Below, one piece after another: positions 19,603 to 29,266 of a DNA stretch of 64,000 nucleotides (within the stretch, counting starts at the first letter, position 1; each line of letters begins with the position of its first letter). The DNA lies in the NCBI GenBank assembly GCA_002793515.1, contig PFEU01000008.1:6824-70823 (forward strand). The letters run 5' to 3'. The notes beneath the pieces were generated by a model, which made no database searches, had not been told where the DNA came from, and worked only from the letters and a program-made list of their open reading frames with translations. The stretch comes from Candidatus Uhrbacteria bacterium CG10_big_fil_rev_8_21_14_0_10_48_16 (GTDB taxonomy: Bacteria > Patescibacteriota > Patescibacteriia > UBA9934 > GWF2-40-263). The translations under genes and the position numbers were made by a program.

Positions 19603-22110
19603 CTATTCAACAACCTCGACCGGAGCATCAGCTTCTGGATCTGATTCCCCTGTTTCATCCGTTACTTCTTCAACGACTTCTCCTGGATCAACATCTACCA
19701 CTCCGCCCTGACCTCCTTGAATCGGTTCTGGAATACTTGTTGTTGTCTCACCTGCACGCAATCGTGCAAGACGCACGGATGCCACCTCATTCTCTGGATT
19801 AATCTTCACAACTTGCTCGATCGCCGAAATCGCTCCTTCGATATTTCCTGAAATTTCATACATTGAGGCGAGATACCAAAGCGCATTTGAATAATTCGGG
19901 CTTATTTCCACAATCCGCTCAAGTTCTTGTTGAGCAATAGCATACTCTTCTAATCGAATAAGCATTTGTGTGAGTTGAAAAGAGAGCCCGATATCCGCTG
20001 GATTATTATTTCGCAGAGCCACAAGTCTTTCTGTCGCCTGTTCAAGCTTTCCTTGTCGTTCATAGGTCGCTGCCAAGTAGTAATGCGCTGGTAAGTAATC
20101 AGACTTCAATTCTGTTGCCTCAAGAAACACTTGTTCTGCTGTCGAAAGAAGGTTTGTTTCTTGCTCAACGGCTTGCTCCGCAAGTTCTGCATCATCCGCT
20201 GTTGTGAGGTTTCGCGCTCGATCGGCAACCGTAAGATACACACGACCTAAATCTGTTCGATGGATAGGATTGTTCGGTTCAAGTTGAATCGCGTTGATAA
20301 AAGATTGGGCTGCAAGCTCCTCAGCGCCTTGCGCAAAACTCATGAGGTCTCGATAGATGGCCCCACGCACGGCCCAGTTTGAAACATAATTCGGTTCAAT
20401 AGATGTCGCGCGAGCGGCCGCTTCAACAGAAGCCGTTACGGTATCAACAATCTGCTGTGTTTCCTCAGCTGTTCGTTCTTCTTCTCCCGCTGTGAGGACA
20501 ATCAGTTCACGCGCTTTCATCAGATAGGCAGAACTAAGATTCCGTTGATACACATCGCTAAATCCATTGAAGGTGACAGCTCGATTCAACTGAGCAATAA
20601 CCTCATCAACCGTTCCTTCCTCTGACGTATCGATTTCTACCGCTTTAGCAAACGCCACCTCTGCCACATAGCGAGAACCTGTCACAAAGAGAGACACCAC
20701 GACAACAACGGCCACCATCGCAAACGCAAAGGACGTTGCCAAACCGAGTCGTGGAGATCGAGAAAAATCACTCGTCCACGTTTTTAACGAAACCTGGGAT
20801 GCGAGCAATCCCGTAAATCCCCAAAGCAAGAACGTCATCGTAAAGTTTGAAGAGTAGAGGATATGTGTCAGGAGAAGAATAGACCATCCTGTAAATATGA
20901 CGTACGTCATCTTCCACTCCTCGTGGTCACGTTCAAACACCAACCGCCCAATAGCCTTTACCGCAACCCATACCATCAACACGAGCCAGAAAAACGTTCC
21001 AACAACACCGAGCGTTCCCAGCGTCGTTATGAGATCACTCTTCGCTCGATCAAAACGCAAAGACCAAAATGGCGAAGTGTTCACTCCTACAGGCTTGAAT
21101 GCCAAATAATCATACAGATAGGTTCCTGGTCCTGATCCAAACAATAAGTTACTCGTATTTGAGGAAAGAACCTGCTTCGTAATATCCCAACTTGTTCCAT
21201 AACTTGGAGAAACAACAATGGGGAGATTCAACTTAAGAGGGCTTGGGAAAAAGAGAAAGAGGATACTGAGCCCCAGCACGACAATCGGAAGGGCAAATCT
21301 TCGTGGATTAGGAAATTCTTGCGCCTGAATAAAGACGAACGTTCCTAACAAAAGAACGCCAACGATATTAATCACCCAAAAAACCCAAAAGTCTAAAGCC
21401 ATCAGTCCAACAATATTCACACCTGTCACGAAAACGATCAGCATGCGAAGGAACATTCCGCTTCCTCCCTCTGGAATCACACGATCACGACCCTGATGGG
21501 AAACGAGCCACATGGCAAGTCCCACAAACATGATCGTCGTCATAAATGAAACAAATCCATTGATTGTTCCGATCGTATTGAATCCTATGGATTGGGCAAA
21601 CTCAAATGGAAGATGAAGAATATCAAATATCCCAAGCAGTGCTATGAGACCAGAAAGTGCAGAGGAAAGAAAAAGCGCAAAGAGTACATGACGTTGTACA
21701 AGCGTATCTCCAGCCGTATTCATGAGCATGTAAAACAGCACAACGAACAACATCACAGAAAGAAAGCTTGTGTACTCTTGTGACGACTGCCCTACCCAGG
21801 TCTGATATCCGGCCAAAGACGTGAGAGAAGCAATAAGAACGGAAACGAAATATAATCCTGGAATGACATTTAACCATCCAGACCTGAAGGTAAATTTCTT
21901 GCTTGAAACCATTTGTCCAAGCCAAGCAACCAAACCGACAACCGTGAGCACTACAAAAAGAAGCTGTTTATTGTGTTCAAGAACACTGGTTGTCCAAGGA
22001 AGGAAAAAGATTGGGACGAGAAAAAAGAGGAGATATGTCGCCCAACGTGTGATCACCCCAAAGAGAGGCATCTCCTGACCACGACGTGATGATGTTGCAA
22101 CAGTGGACAT
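19603..22110 (-). CDS. Wzy_C (O-antigen ligase/polymerase-like) membrane protein fused to C-terminal TPR repeats
   Basis: 835 aa. About 12 TM helices in the N-terminal 460 aa with a Wzy_C-like core. The C-terminal 350 aa are TPR-like helical repeats (…AYLMKARELIVLTAGEE…YYLAATYERQGKLEQA…WYLASMYEISGNIEGA…) and end in an acidic/Pro tail. Confidence 0.7.
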   Translation of the reverse strand: MSTVATSSRRGQEMPLFGVITRWATYLLFFLVPIFFLPWTTSVLEHNKQLLFVVLTVVGLVAWLGQMVSSKKFTFRSGWLNVIPGLYFVSVLIASLTSLAGYQTWVGQSSQEYTSFLSVMLFVVLFYMLMNTAGDTLVQRHVLFALFLSSALSGLIALLGIFDILHLPFEFAQSIGFNTIGTINGFVSFMTTIMFVGLAMWLVSHQGRDRVIPEGGSGMFLRMLIVFVTGVNIVGLMALDFWVFWVINIVGVLLLGTFVFIQAQEFPNPRRFALPIVVLGLSILFLFFPSPLKLNLPIVVSPSYGTSWDITKQVLSSNTSNLLFGSGPGTYLYDYLAFKPVGVNTSPFWSLRFDRAKSDLITTLGTLGVVGTFFWLVLMVWVAVKAIGRLVFERDHEEWKMTYVIFTGWSILLLTHILYSSNFTMTFLLWGFTGLLASQVSLKTWTSDFSRSPRLGLATSFAFAMVAVVVVVSLFVTGSRYVAEVAFAKAVEIDTSEEGTVDEVIAQLNRAVTFNGFSDVYQRNLSSAYLMKARELIVLTAGEEERTAEETQQIVDTVTASVEAAARATSIEPNYVSNWAVRGAIYRDLMSFAQGAEELAAQSFINAIQLEPNNPIHRTDLGRVYLTVADRARNLTTADDAELAEQAVEQETNLLSTAEQVFLEATELKSDYLPAHYYLAATYERQGKLEQATERLVALRNNNPADIGLSFQLTQMLIRLEEYAIAQQELERIVEISPNYSNALWYLASMYEISGNIEGAISAIEQVVKINPENEVASVRLARLRAGETTTSIPEPIQGGQGGVVDVDPGEVVEEVTDETGESDPEADAPVEVVE

Positions 22111-22121
22111 AGTAAAAACAA

Positions 22122-22604
22122 TTACTGATTAGATTTGTACTGCTGAATAGCTTGAAGAACTTTTGAATTCTCGGTCATGTTCTCGAAAAAAAGAATATGA
22201 CTGACATTAATTTCCATTTGGTCCTCTGGACCATGCGCTTCGCTTCCAAGTTTTGTCAGAGAAAGATTTGTTTCTTGATCAACCGCAACTCCTGATTGAA
22301 GATAAAAAACATCTCGCAAAATATAAAAATCTTTCCTTGTTTTTTCAAGTTTCCCAAAATACACCTGACCATTATCAAGAAACACGGCTTGATAGTCATC
22401 CGAATTTGAACTCACGGAAACATCAGAGACTCCTGCGGAACCATCCATTGATCCCTTATTTTCTTGTGTGTAGTACCAAGCCCCACCTAACAATGCGATA
22501 AAAAGAAGAATCGTGATCCACGTCCAAGCCCCAAACCTTCTTTTTCCATTTTCTTGTTGAGGACGACCGATAGGACCGCGACTCATTTTTGATTCAATAG
22601 CCAT
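22122..22604 (-). CDS. Hypothetical membrane-anchored protein (single N-terminal TM, extracytoplasmic domain)
   Basis: 160 aa: basic N-terminus, one TM helix (WTWITILLFIALLGGAWYY), then a soluble domain. 11 nt downstream of the Wzy_C-TPR gene start. Confidence 0.45.
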   Translation of the reverse strand: MAIESKMSRGPIGRPQQENGKRRFGAWTWITILLFIALLGGAWYYTQENKGSMDGSAGVSDVSVSSNSDDYQAVFLDNGQVYFGKLEKTRKDFYILRDVFYLQSGVAVDQETNLSLTKLGSEAHGPEDQMEINVSHILFFENMTENSKVLQAIQQYKSNQ

Positions 22605-22682
22605 AAAAAATGTAGTAAATACGCTGGTTATCTTACCGGATCAACAAGGGAGTCACAAGTTTAGATGTGGGTAACAAAGAAT

Positions 22683-22719
22683 AAATTAAAAGACGAGACC
22701 CCATAGATCTCGTCTTTTC
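22683..22719 (-). terminator. Rho-independent terminator after the giant protein gene
   Basis: On the minus strand a hairpin AAGACGAGAtctatggggTCTCGTCTT is followed by tttaatttatt, 11 nt past the stop codon. Confidence 0.45.
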
Positions 22720-22729
22720 TTGTCCCTAT

Positions 22730-25700
22730 TTAAAGGCTCTCATCAACAATTGGATCCGTGGTCACAGAAGTCTCCTCGACAACAGGCGCTTCGTCAACAA
22801 CGGGAACTTCCTCTTCAACGACTGTCTCTTCAACAGACTCATCAATAACGACCGGAGGTTCTTCTACGATTCCCTCCTCTTCCACAGGAGGTTCTTCAAC
22901 ACGAGAAGTTTCCTCGACAACAGGCATCTCTTCTACAACAGGAGCAGGAGCAGATGGACCATTTTCACTCGTTACAGAAATTGATACCCATCCATCATTC
23001 AAATCTGAAACCGTGACTTGCGCATCCTCAACACCCACCGCAATCCAGTTGAACTCAACCTGTGCGCCAGAAGTTGATGATGGACGGTTGAGGGTAAATC
23101 CGGTCTCATCCTCATTGCTGATCCATGCTTCGCGTGCGTCAGCGGAGTTTGATCGTGAGCTAAACGTTACAATTGGCTGGAATTGATAAGGAGTTTCAAA
23201 GGTCACACGGACTTGAGTCTCCTCAGAAGCCATGCGGATTCGGCCTGCCATATCATGCGATCCATAAAGATGTTCTGCAATCGTGACGGAACCCTCAAAT
23301 TGTGCATCGGAAGCCGTAATAGAATCAGCAGAAACCACTTGAACAACCGTATTCGTTCCGCCTTGGAGCGTTGTGCTCTCAGAAATTGGAGAGTACCACA
23401 TGTTATCGACTTTCACCGTAATCTGACCGGTCCCAGCAGAAAAACTCTCCATCGCCATTCCAATAACAGGTCCCGCCGTCGTTGCCTTCATAGCGTACCC
23501 TGGAAGGGTGGCAGAACTAGTCAGGTAATCTCCAATCTGGATGGCTCCATTCTCATCTGAAACATTCACTGGAACTCGTCCGGCAAGAGCGACAAGGGCT
23601 GAGAACGTAGATTCCCCTTCTTCTCCAAGAATCAATCCTGGTTGCGTTGTCACAACTCCCATCAACCCTTTTTGATACGCGGAAGTACTTGATTCCACGT
23701 GCACAGGTGTTCCACTAGCAACGAGAACGTCACCAGACTCTACGTCCTGTGTCGCAGGGAACCACTCAGCAAGGTCGACTCCTGTTTGTACCCCGCTCTC
23801 ATCCATCCAACTCAGAAGTCGAGCTTTATCCGTTGCATTTTTTCCTTCACTCATCCACATGGTCGTATCCCCAATCGCCGTTGTAATATCCGCAGCCCCA
23901 CAATCCAGTTCATCATTTCCCCCATCGGTGTTATCACAATCAAAAACGGTTGCTCCGATATGTTCAATCACCCAAATCTGCCCCATATTATCCCCATCAA
24001 AGGCTGTAACCGTTGCGGCGTCCTGTGTGAAAAATGATCCTGTTGCCACACTTGGCGTTGTATCGGTCCCGAGTGCTTCCTGTGTTCCAATATCGAGAAT
24101 TCCGTCAATTTGTGTATGCCCTGCCGTTGAAACGGAAAAGGCCTGATTGTTTACATTTACGGCAAAATCCCAACCGGTTCCGATACTTACTGCCGTTGCC
24201 ATAATCTGCTCATCTCCTCCGATATTTTTTGTAAGATTTCCAATGTTCAGCCCAAACAAATTGTTCGTGAAGGTTCCGGCCCCATCAGCCGACAACGTCG
24301 CGGTGAACGGATCGATGGCCATCACATTCCAGACATCATTTGCATTTCCATCCGCATTATTATCCGTAAACTGTGGTGAAATACGGAAGATATTTGTCGT
24401 CACGTTGTCCCCCACATCAATATCAAGAACCAATCCCTCAACGTTATCCATAGCAATTTCCTGTGTCTGGTTTGTGATAGACAAAAGGTCTGTGTTAGGA
24501 GCTTGAATTCCATGATTAATGCTCATTGTATCTTCTAGATAGATTCCTTGATCCCAACCGGTTCCCTGAATATATAATCCGTATTCATTTCCATCACGAG
24601 GAACTCCTATTAATGGATCAACTGAGATCGCATAGAGATTGTCATCATTTGCTTCATTGGCTGAATTCTGAAACACAGCAACTTGTAATGCTTTATGCGT
24701 TTCCGTCACGTTTCCTGCTCCCCCTGCGGTGAGTTCAAAATTAATGGATGCTCCAACGACGTTTCCACCTGGGGCGTTATTCACATCCACGTCCATATCC
24801 AAGCTTCCCGTTGTCTTTGTTGAATCTGTTGTGGCCGCATCTATCGTAAGAGCGTCCGTTGCTCCTAACGTTGTTGTTAAACCACCGCCAGCAAGTGTTA
24901 CAAGATTTGAAGAATGCGTCAGGGTAATATCACCATTATTAAAATTGATGACGCCACCGTTTGCGAGGAATAGATCTGACCATTGGTTTGATGTCCCTCC
25001 AAGGGCACTTCCATCGTTTGCGGCTGGTTGTAATGCCGTCCCTGTAAGGAGAATTTCCATTCCACCTGCAATGGCAATCTCAAGAGTTCCATCAACATTG
25101 ATGTCGTAATCCCAACCATTCCCGATATACAATGCGGATGTTGTTGCTGTTCCTGCACCAGCCTCAGTCATGGACCCAACATGAACTCCCGTATAGGTAC
25201 TTGATCCAGCAGAGACATCATATGTCATGTCTGAAAGAGAGATCATACGATTTACATCACTCCCATCTGAATTCCACGTTCCATCCCCTCCATCGATTTC
25301 AAGGGAAACTCCGCTTGCATTATTGTGATCAAGCGAAATCGCCATACCACCAGCACCCGGAGTTGCAGACACATCTCCTGATCCTAAGCTGAAAAGTGTT
25401 GCCGTAGGCGATCCATCACCATCAACATTCATCGTGGCGCCATCAACAACCCCAACGTTAAAGTCTCCTGCGGTATTTGTTGTTGATGTAGCATTTCCAA
25501 CCGTAATTGTCCGTCCTCCACCCGTACCAATATTAATCGCTTGAGGATCGTTATCATTCCCAATATTGATGACGTTTGTTGAGTTAATAGATAGAGCCTG
25601 ACCTGAGTCAATATCCAACGTATTTCCCGAATTTAATGTCATGGCTGAATCTGCCGTAGACAAGGTAAGCGTTCCGCTGGTTCCAGAGGTTGAAAGTGCG

Positions 25701-28700
25701 TTAATCGCAATCGCTCCTCCTGTTCCGCCAGCGTTTGAAGTGTCTGTCGAGAGCGTAATGCCACCAGACGTATCAGCTCCTGAAGAAGTTGTATTGATCG
25801 TAACGTTTCCTGCAGCTCCTGCCGTGTCAATATCAATTCCGCCTGTTCCTGCATCTACATCGATTCCCCCAGCCGCATTTGTAGCATTCATTCGAATAGC
25901 GTCAGCTGTGGCCTCCCCTGAACTAAGGACTAACGAATTAGCCGTTGCAGAAAGTGTAAGATCTCCCGTTGCTGCCGTCACGTTTGAAGCACCGGTTCCA
26001 TCAATGGAGAAGGCTCCCGCTGAAAGGACGTCAAAAGTTGTTCCTGCATCAAAATCAATCCCCGCAACAGAGCTTCCAATAAGGTCACCGGAAGTCAGTG
26101 TTGAAAGTGTGAGGTTTCCTGAAGTTGTGGTGACGTTTGAAGCACCGGTTCCGTCAATAGAGAAGGTGCTTGTCGCTAGCATGTCGTATGTTCCCGTCAC
26201 GTCAATGTCAAGGTTGGCACCAGCGTTTATATCAACAAGCGCGATACCATCAAGAATAAGGCTTCCTGACGTTGCTGTTGAAAGTGTGAGGTTTCCTGAA
26301 GTTGCACTCACATTTGAAGCACCAGTTCCATCAATGGAGAAAGCTCCCGTAGTCAAGATATCGACTCCGCCTGTTCCTGCATCCACATCGATTCCCCCAG
26401 CCGCATCTGAAGCATTCATTCGAATGGCGTCAGCCGTGGCCTCTGTGCTTGTAAGATTAATACTTGAACCAGTCGCTGTAATATCAATATCTTCTCCAGC
26501 TGACGCGCCACTCGCAGAAATATCAATTCCTCCAGCCGTTGAAGTTACGGTAAAGGCATCTGCTCCATCAGCGGTTGATTCAAGATCTAAATCGCTTGCT
26601 GTTTCGAGACGAATGGTTGAAGCATCTTGTCCATAATCAAACGTCAATGAAAGTGCATTCTCTGTAAGCGTCAATTCATTATTTGTGGCGTTCGACATGG
26701 TCAAATCATTTTGAAAATCGATGTCATAATCCCATGAAGCTGTATTCTCGATATCGATCGCTGTATCTGTTCCCCCTGCCGTTGAAGCAAGATCGAGCAA
26801 CAGACCAATTCCAATATCTGTCCCCGCCGTTCCCCCTGAAGTTAACACTCCATGAATAATGGCATTTGTTGGATTCGTTCCGTCTCCGGTAGAAAATGCC
26901 AGTGACAATGCATCCACTCCATCTGTTATCGTAGCTCCCGCTGAACTAATCGATACGAGATCCCCTGTGAGAATCCCTGTCCCTGCAATATCAATTGCCT
27001 GACCAGATGTTGAGGCTGTTGCAATGTTAATAGCATCCCCCGCAACGTTCGTTCCCATGTTGAGATCAATCGCATTGCCTGTGTGAGCGGCTGTCGCATA
27101 GGTGATATCCAAGAAATTTCCTGTTGAAATTCCTGCACCAAAATCAGCATCAATCGCTGGAGCCGTCCATGCTCCAGAAGTATCAATATCCATGAGCCAC
27201 CCAGATGTATCAGATTCATCTGCGTTCGCAATAACGAATACCTGACCATCATTATTCGTCGTGGCCTCCAGATTCACGTTAAAAATGTCTCCTGCATGAT
27301 TCCCCGTTCCCGTATCTATATCAAAAATGTTTCCTGTCCAAGCGGAATCCGTTGACGAATCAAACTGAACCATGGATGACGTAAACGCTCCAGAAGCATC
27401 TGTATTGATCAACCAACCTGGTTGATCAGACTCATCATTGTTATTAACAACGAGAACCTGTCCATCGTTATTTGTTGTTCCTTCAAGTTGAATGTTAAAG
27501 ATGTCTCCCGAGTGATTTCCTGTTCCTGTCTCCACATGGAAAATATCACCTGTCCAAGCAGCATTCCCCGTATCATCATATCTCCAAATATTTCCCGTCC
27601 AAGCTCCAGACGTGCTGGTCTCCCAAAGATCCCCACTAAAGGTTGAGCTATTTGAAAGAAGGAATGCATTTCCTGTCGTTAACCCATCAATAGAATAATC
27701 AATCCCATTCGCCGTTGTCAGAGAATCAAACGTGATATCCATGACATCGTTTGTGGTTTCTGTTGAAACAAAATTGAACAGATCCGCTCCCGTTCCAAAA
27801 TTCATGATATCCGCCCCTGTTCCCTCTCCAACATTGATGGTTCGATCAAAATCAGAGTCCCCAATCGTAATGGAACGACTTGAAGTCGTTGTATCCAAAC
27901 TCACGTCTCCACTGGCAGCGCTCAACGTTGCTGCTCCTGATCCACCCGCGTTCAGTGAGATGGCTCCATCAACGGTTGAAATCGCAACGGTTCCTGTTGA
28001 ACCAACGTTTACATCAAGACCGGCAGACCCAGGACCAGCGGCTCCATACGTATTAATCTGCATATAGGAACCTGCATCCATGATGATGGTTCCTGCGGTA
28101 TTTGTTGTGACATCATAAGCATCTAAATAGATCCCCGAAGCCGTGGCTCCGTCTGCATCCAAGTAAATCGCATCATTTGACGTATCAAGTGATTGAAGAA
28201 TCACACTTGAAGCCGTACCGCCAGCCGACGTTGAAAGCGTAAGAGCTCCCACGGACGTACTGAAATTTGAAGCGGCATCCGCGTCCAATGAAATGGCTCC
28301 TGTTCCGTCCACGTCAAACGCTTGTGCGTCTGTAAACTGAGCCCATGTTGAACCTGCATCCTGAATCACGAAGTCTCCTGTACTTTGCAAGTCAATAATT
28401 ACGTTGTCTGCAACCGATGATTCAATTTCAAAACCTCCTGTTTGGCTTTCCGCAGCATCTACCGTGATTTTAGCAGCCGTTGCTCCAAAGTTATTGTAAG
28501 CATTATCAAGATTCGAAGAGAGCCCCAACCAACTTGTTCCGTTGTACCACTTCAAATCATTGCTATCCGTGTCGTAATACATACGACCGGTAAAAGCCAC
28601 ACTTGGATCCGCCGAAGAATTTTCAATCGCCTGGGTAAAAATAGAGTACGGAGTCTTTGTCACACGAACGCGTGGCGCAAGTGTTTCAGCTCCCCCCACA

Positions 28701-29104
28701 CTGTTTGCTGTATGAACCTTCATCTCGAACCACACATTGTTCGCAAAATCAGCAACATCTGAGCCAACAGGAATTTCAAGGGTGAAGAATCCATTCGTGA
28801 CAGTTACCGCCTCCTCTCCAGAGTCCACAACCCCATCCCCATCCGCATCTGCAAACCCCTGAATGTTTGATGCAAGATTCGTTCCACCGGTTAATGCTGA
28901 TTCGATATCAAACCAGAAGTAGTACGTCCCCGAAAGGGCTGTACCTGATGCATCAAAAAGTCTTCCGTTGTAACCAATGGTCGCTGGCGCTCCAACCGTT
29001 TGGGCATTGGCTGAGAGTGGCACAGCGAGAATTCCGATGGAAAGAGTGTAAAAGACCATCGAGATCCCCACAAACGTGTGCAGGAATAATTTGGCGGTTC
29101 GCAT
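22730..29104 (-). CDS. Giant secreted repetitive surface protein (2124 aa), Thr/Ala/Gly/Ser/Asp-rich with nested tandem repeats and an acidic Pro/Val/Glu-rich C-terminal tail
   Basis: Single uninterrupted minus-strand ORF. Signal peptide MRTAKLFLHTFVGISMVFYTLSIGILAVPLSANAQ. Repeats such as SAWTGNIFDIDTGTGNHAGDIFN…NNDGQV (x2) and AFSIDGTGASNV…GNLTLST (x3). C-terminal (V/P/E)-rich low-complexity region VEEMPVVEETSRVEEPPVEEEGIVEEPP…. No enzymatic motif. Confidence 0.8.
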   Translation of the reverse strand: MRTAKLFLHTFVGISMVFYTLSIGILAVPLSANAQTVGAPATIGYNGRLFDASGTALSGTYYFWFDIESALTGGTNLASNIQGFADADGDGVVDSGEEAVTVTNGFFTLEIPVGSDVADFANNVWFEMKVHTANSVGGAETLAPRVRVTKTPYSIFTQAIENSSADPSVAFTGRMYYDTDSNDLKWYNGTSWLGLSSNLDNAYNNFGATAAKITVDAAESQTGGFEIESSVADNVIIDLQSTGDFVIQDAGSTWAQFTDAQAFDVDGTGAISLDADAASNFSTSVGALTLSTSAGGTASSVILQSLDTSNDAIYLDADGATASGIYLDAYDVTTNTAGTIIMDAGSYMQINTYGAAGPGSAGLDVNVGSTGTVAISTVDGAISLNAGGSGAATLSAASGDVSLDTTTSSRSITIGDSDFDRTINVGEGTGADIMNFGTGADLFNFVSTETTNDVMDITFDSLTTANGIDYSIDGLTTGNAFLLSNSSTFSGDLWETSTSGAWTGNIWRYDDTGNAAWTGDIFHVETGTGNHSGDIFNIQLEGTTNNDGQVLVVNNNDESDQPGWLINTDASGAFTSSMVQFDSSTDSAWTGNIFDIDTGTGNHAGDIFNVNLEATTNNDGQVFVIANADESDTSGWLMDIDTSGAWTAPAIDADFGAGISTGNFLDITYATAAHTGNAIDLNMGTNVAGDAINIATASTSGQAIDIAGTGILTGDLVSISSAGATITDGVDALSLAFSTGDGTNPTNAIIHGVLTSGGTAGTDIGIGLLLDLASTAGGTDTAIDIENTASWDYDIDFQNDLTMSNATNNELTLTENALSLTFDYGQDASTIRLETASDLDLESTADGADAFTVTSTAGGIDISASGASAGEDIDITATGSSINLTSTEATADAIRMNASDAAGGIDVDAGTGGVDILTTGAFSIDGTGASNVSATSGNLTLSTATSGSLILDGIALVDINAGANLDIDVTGTYDMLATSTFSIDGTGASNVTTTSGNLTLSTLTSGDLIGSSVAGIDFDAGTTFDVLSAGAFSIDGTGASNVTAATGDLTLSATANSLVLSSGEATADAIRMNATNAAGGIDVDAGTGGIDIDTAGAAGNVTINTTSSGADTSGGITLSTDTSNAGGTGGAIAINALSTSGTSGTLTLSTADSAMTLNSGNTLDIDSGQALSINSTNVINIGNDNDPQAINIGTGGGRTITVGNATSTTNTAGDFNVGVVDGATMNVDGDGSPTATLFSLGSGDVSATPGAGGMAISLDHNNASGVSLEIDGGDGTWNSDGSDVNRMISLSDMTYDVSAGSSTYTGVHVGSMTEAGAGTATTSALYIGNGWDYDINVDGTLEIAIAGGMEILLTGTALQPAANDGSALGGTSNQWSDLFLANGGVINFNNGDITLTHSSNLVTLAGGGLTTTLGATDALTIDAATTDSTKTTGSLDMDVDVNNAPGGNVVGASINFELTAGGAGNVTETHKALQVAVFQNSANEANDDNLYAISVDPLIGVPRDGNEYGLYIQGTGWDQGIYLEDTMSINHGIQAPNTDLLSITNQTQEIAMDNVEGLVLDIDVGDNVTTNIFRISPQFTDNNADGNANDVWNVMAIDPFTATLSADGAGTFTNNLFGLNIGNLTKNIGGDEQIMATAVSIGTGWDFAVNVNNQAFSVSTAGHTQIDGILDIGTQEALGTDTTPSVATGSFFTQDAATVTAFDGDNMGQIWVIEHIGATVFDCDNTDGGNDELDCGAADITTAIGDTTMWMSEGKNATDKARLLSWMDESGVQTGVDLAEWFPATQDVESGDVLVASGTPVHVESSTSAYQKGLMGVVTTQPGLILGEEGESTFSALVALAGRVPVNVSDENGAIQIGDYLTSSATLPGYAMKATTAGPVIGMAMESFSAGTGQITVKVDNMWYSPISESTTLQGGTNTVVQVVSADSITASDAQFEGSVTIAEHLYGSHDMAGRIRMASEETQVRVTFETPYQFQPIVTFSSRSNSADAREAWISNEDETGFTLNRPSSTSGAQVEFNWIAVGVEDAQVTVSDLNDGWVSISVTSENGPSAPAPVVEEMPVVEETSRVEEPPVEEEGIVEEPPVVIDESVEETVVEEEVPVVDEAPVVEETSVTTDPIVDESL
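25840..26450. repeat. Nested in-frame tandem DNA repeats inside the giant gene (units of about 150 nt and about 530 nt)
   Basis: The antisense frame (ORF 25641..26636) repeats TFEAPVPSMEKAP three times about 50 codons apart, and PPVPASTSIPPAA(F/S)…FIR(I/M)ASAVAS twice about 176 codons apart. The sense protein repeats AFSIDGTGASNV and ATADAIRMNA…AAGGIDVDAGTGG with the same spacing. Confidence 0.55.
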
Positions 29105-29266
29105 ACGTTAACGAGCTTATGAAAAATCTTGTTAAAAGATTGAAGGAAAGGTCAAGTGATCACGGCGAAGAAATCACATTCTGAAAATGGGAAACGCAAG
29201 GCCTGGGTTATGCCTAGTCATTTCATCGCCAAATCACTCTATCTCTTATGAACTTCAAAAATGATT

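Noticed and set aside
25641-26636. 331-aa plus-strand ORF with a repeated 'TFEAPVPSMEKAP' peptide inside the giant minus-strand gene
   Set aside because: It is the antisense reading of the giant gene's tandem DNA repeats. Low-complexity Pro/Ala/Val composition, no start context, and it lies entirely inside a much longer, signal-peptide-bearing ORF on the other strand.
25840-27640. Possibility of a CRISPR array because of regularly spaced repeats
   Set aside because: The repeats are in-frame coding repeats of the giant protein, with units of 150-530 nt and repeat-like 'spacers'. There is no short 25-40-nt direct repeat alternating with unique spacers, and no cas genes.
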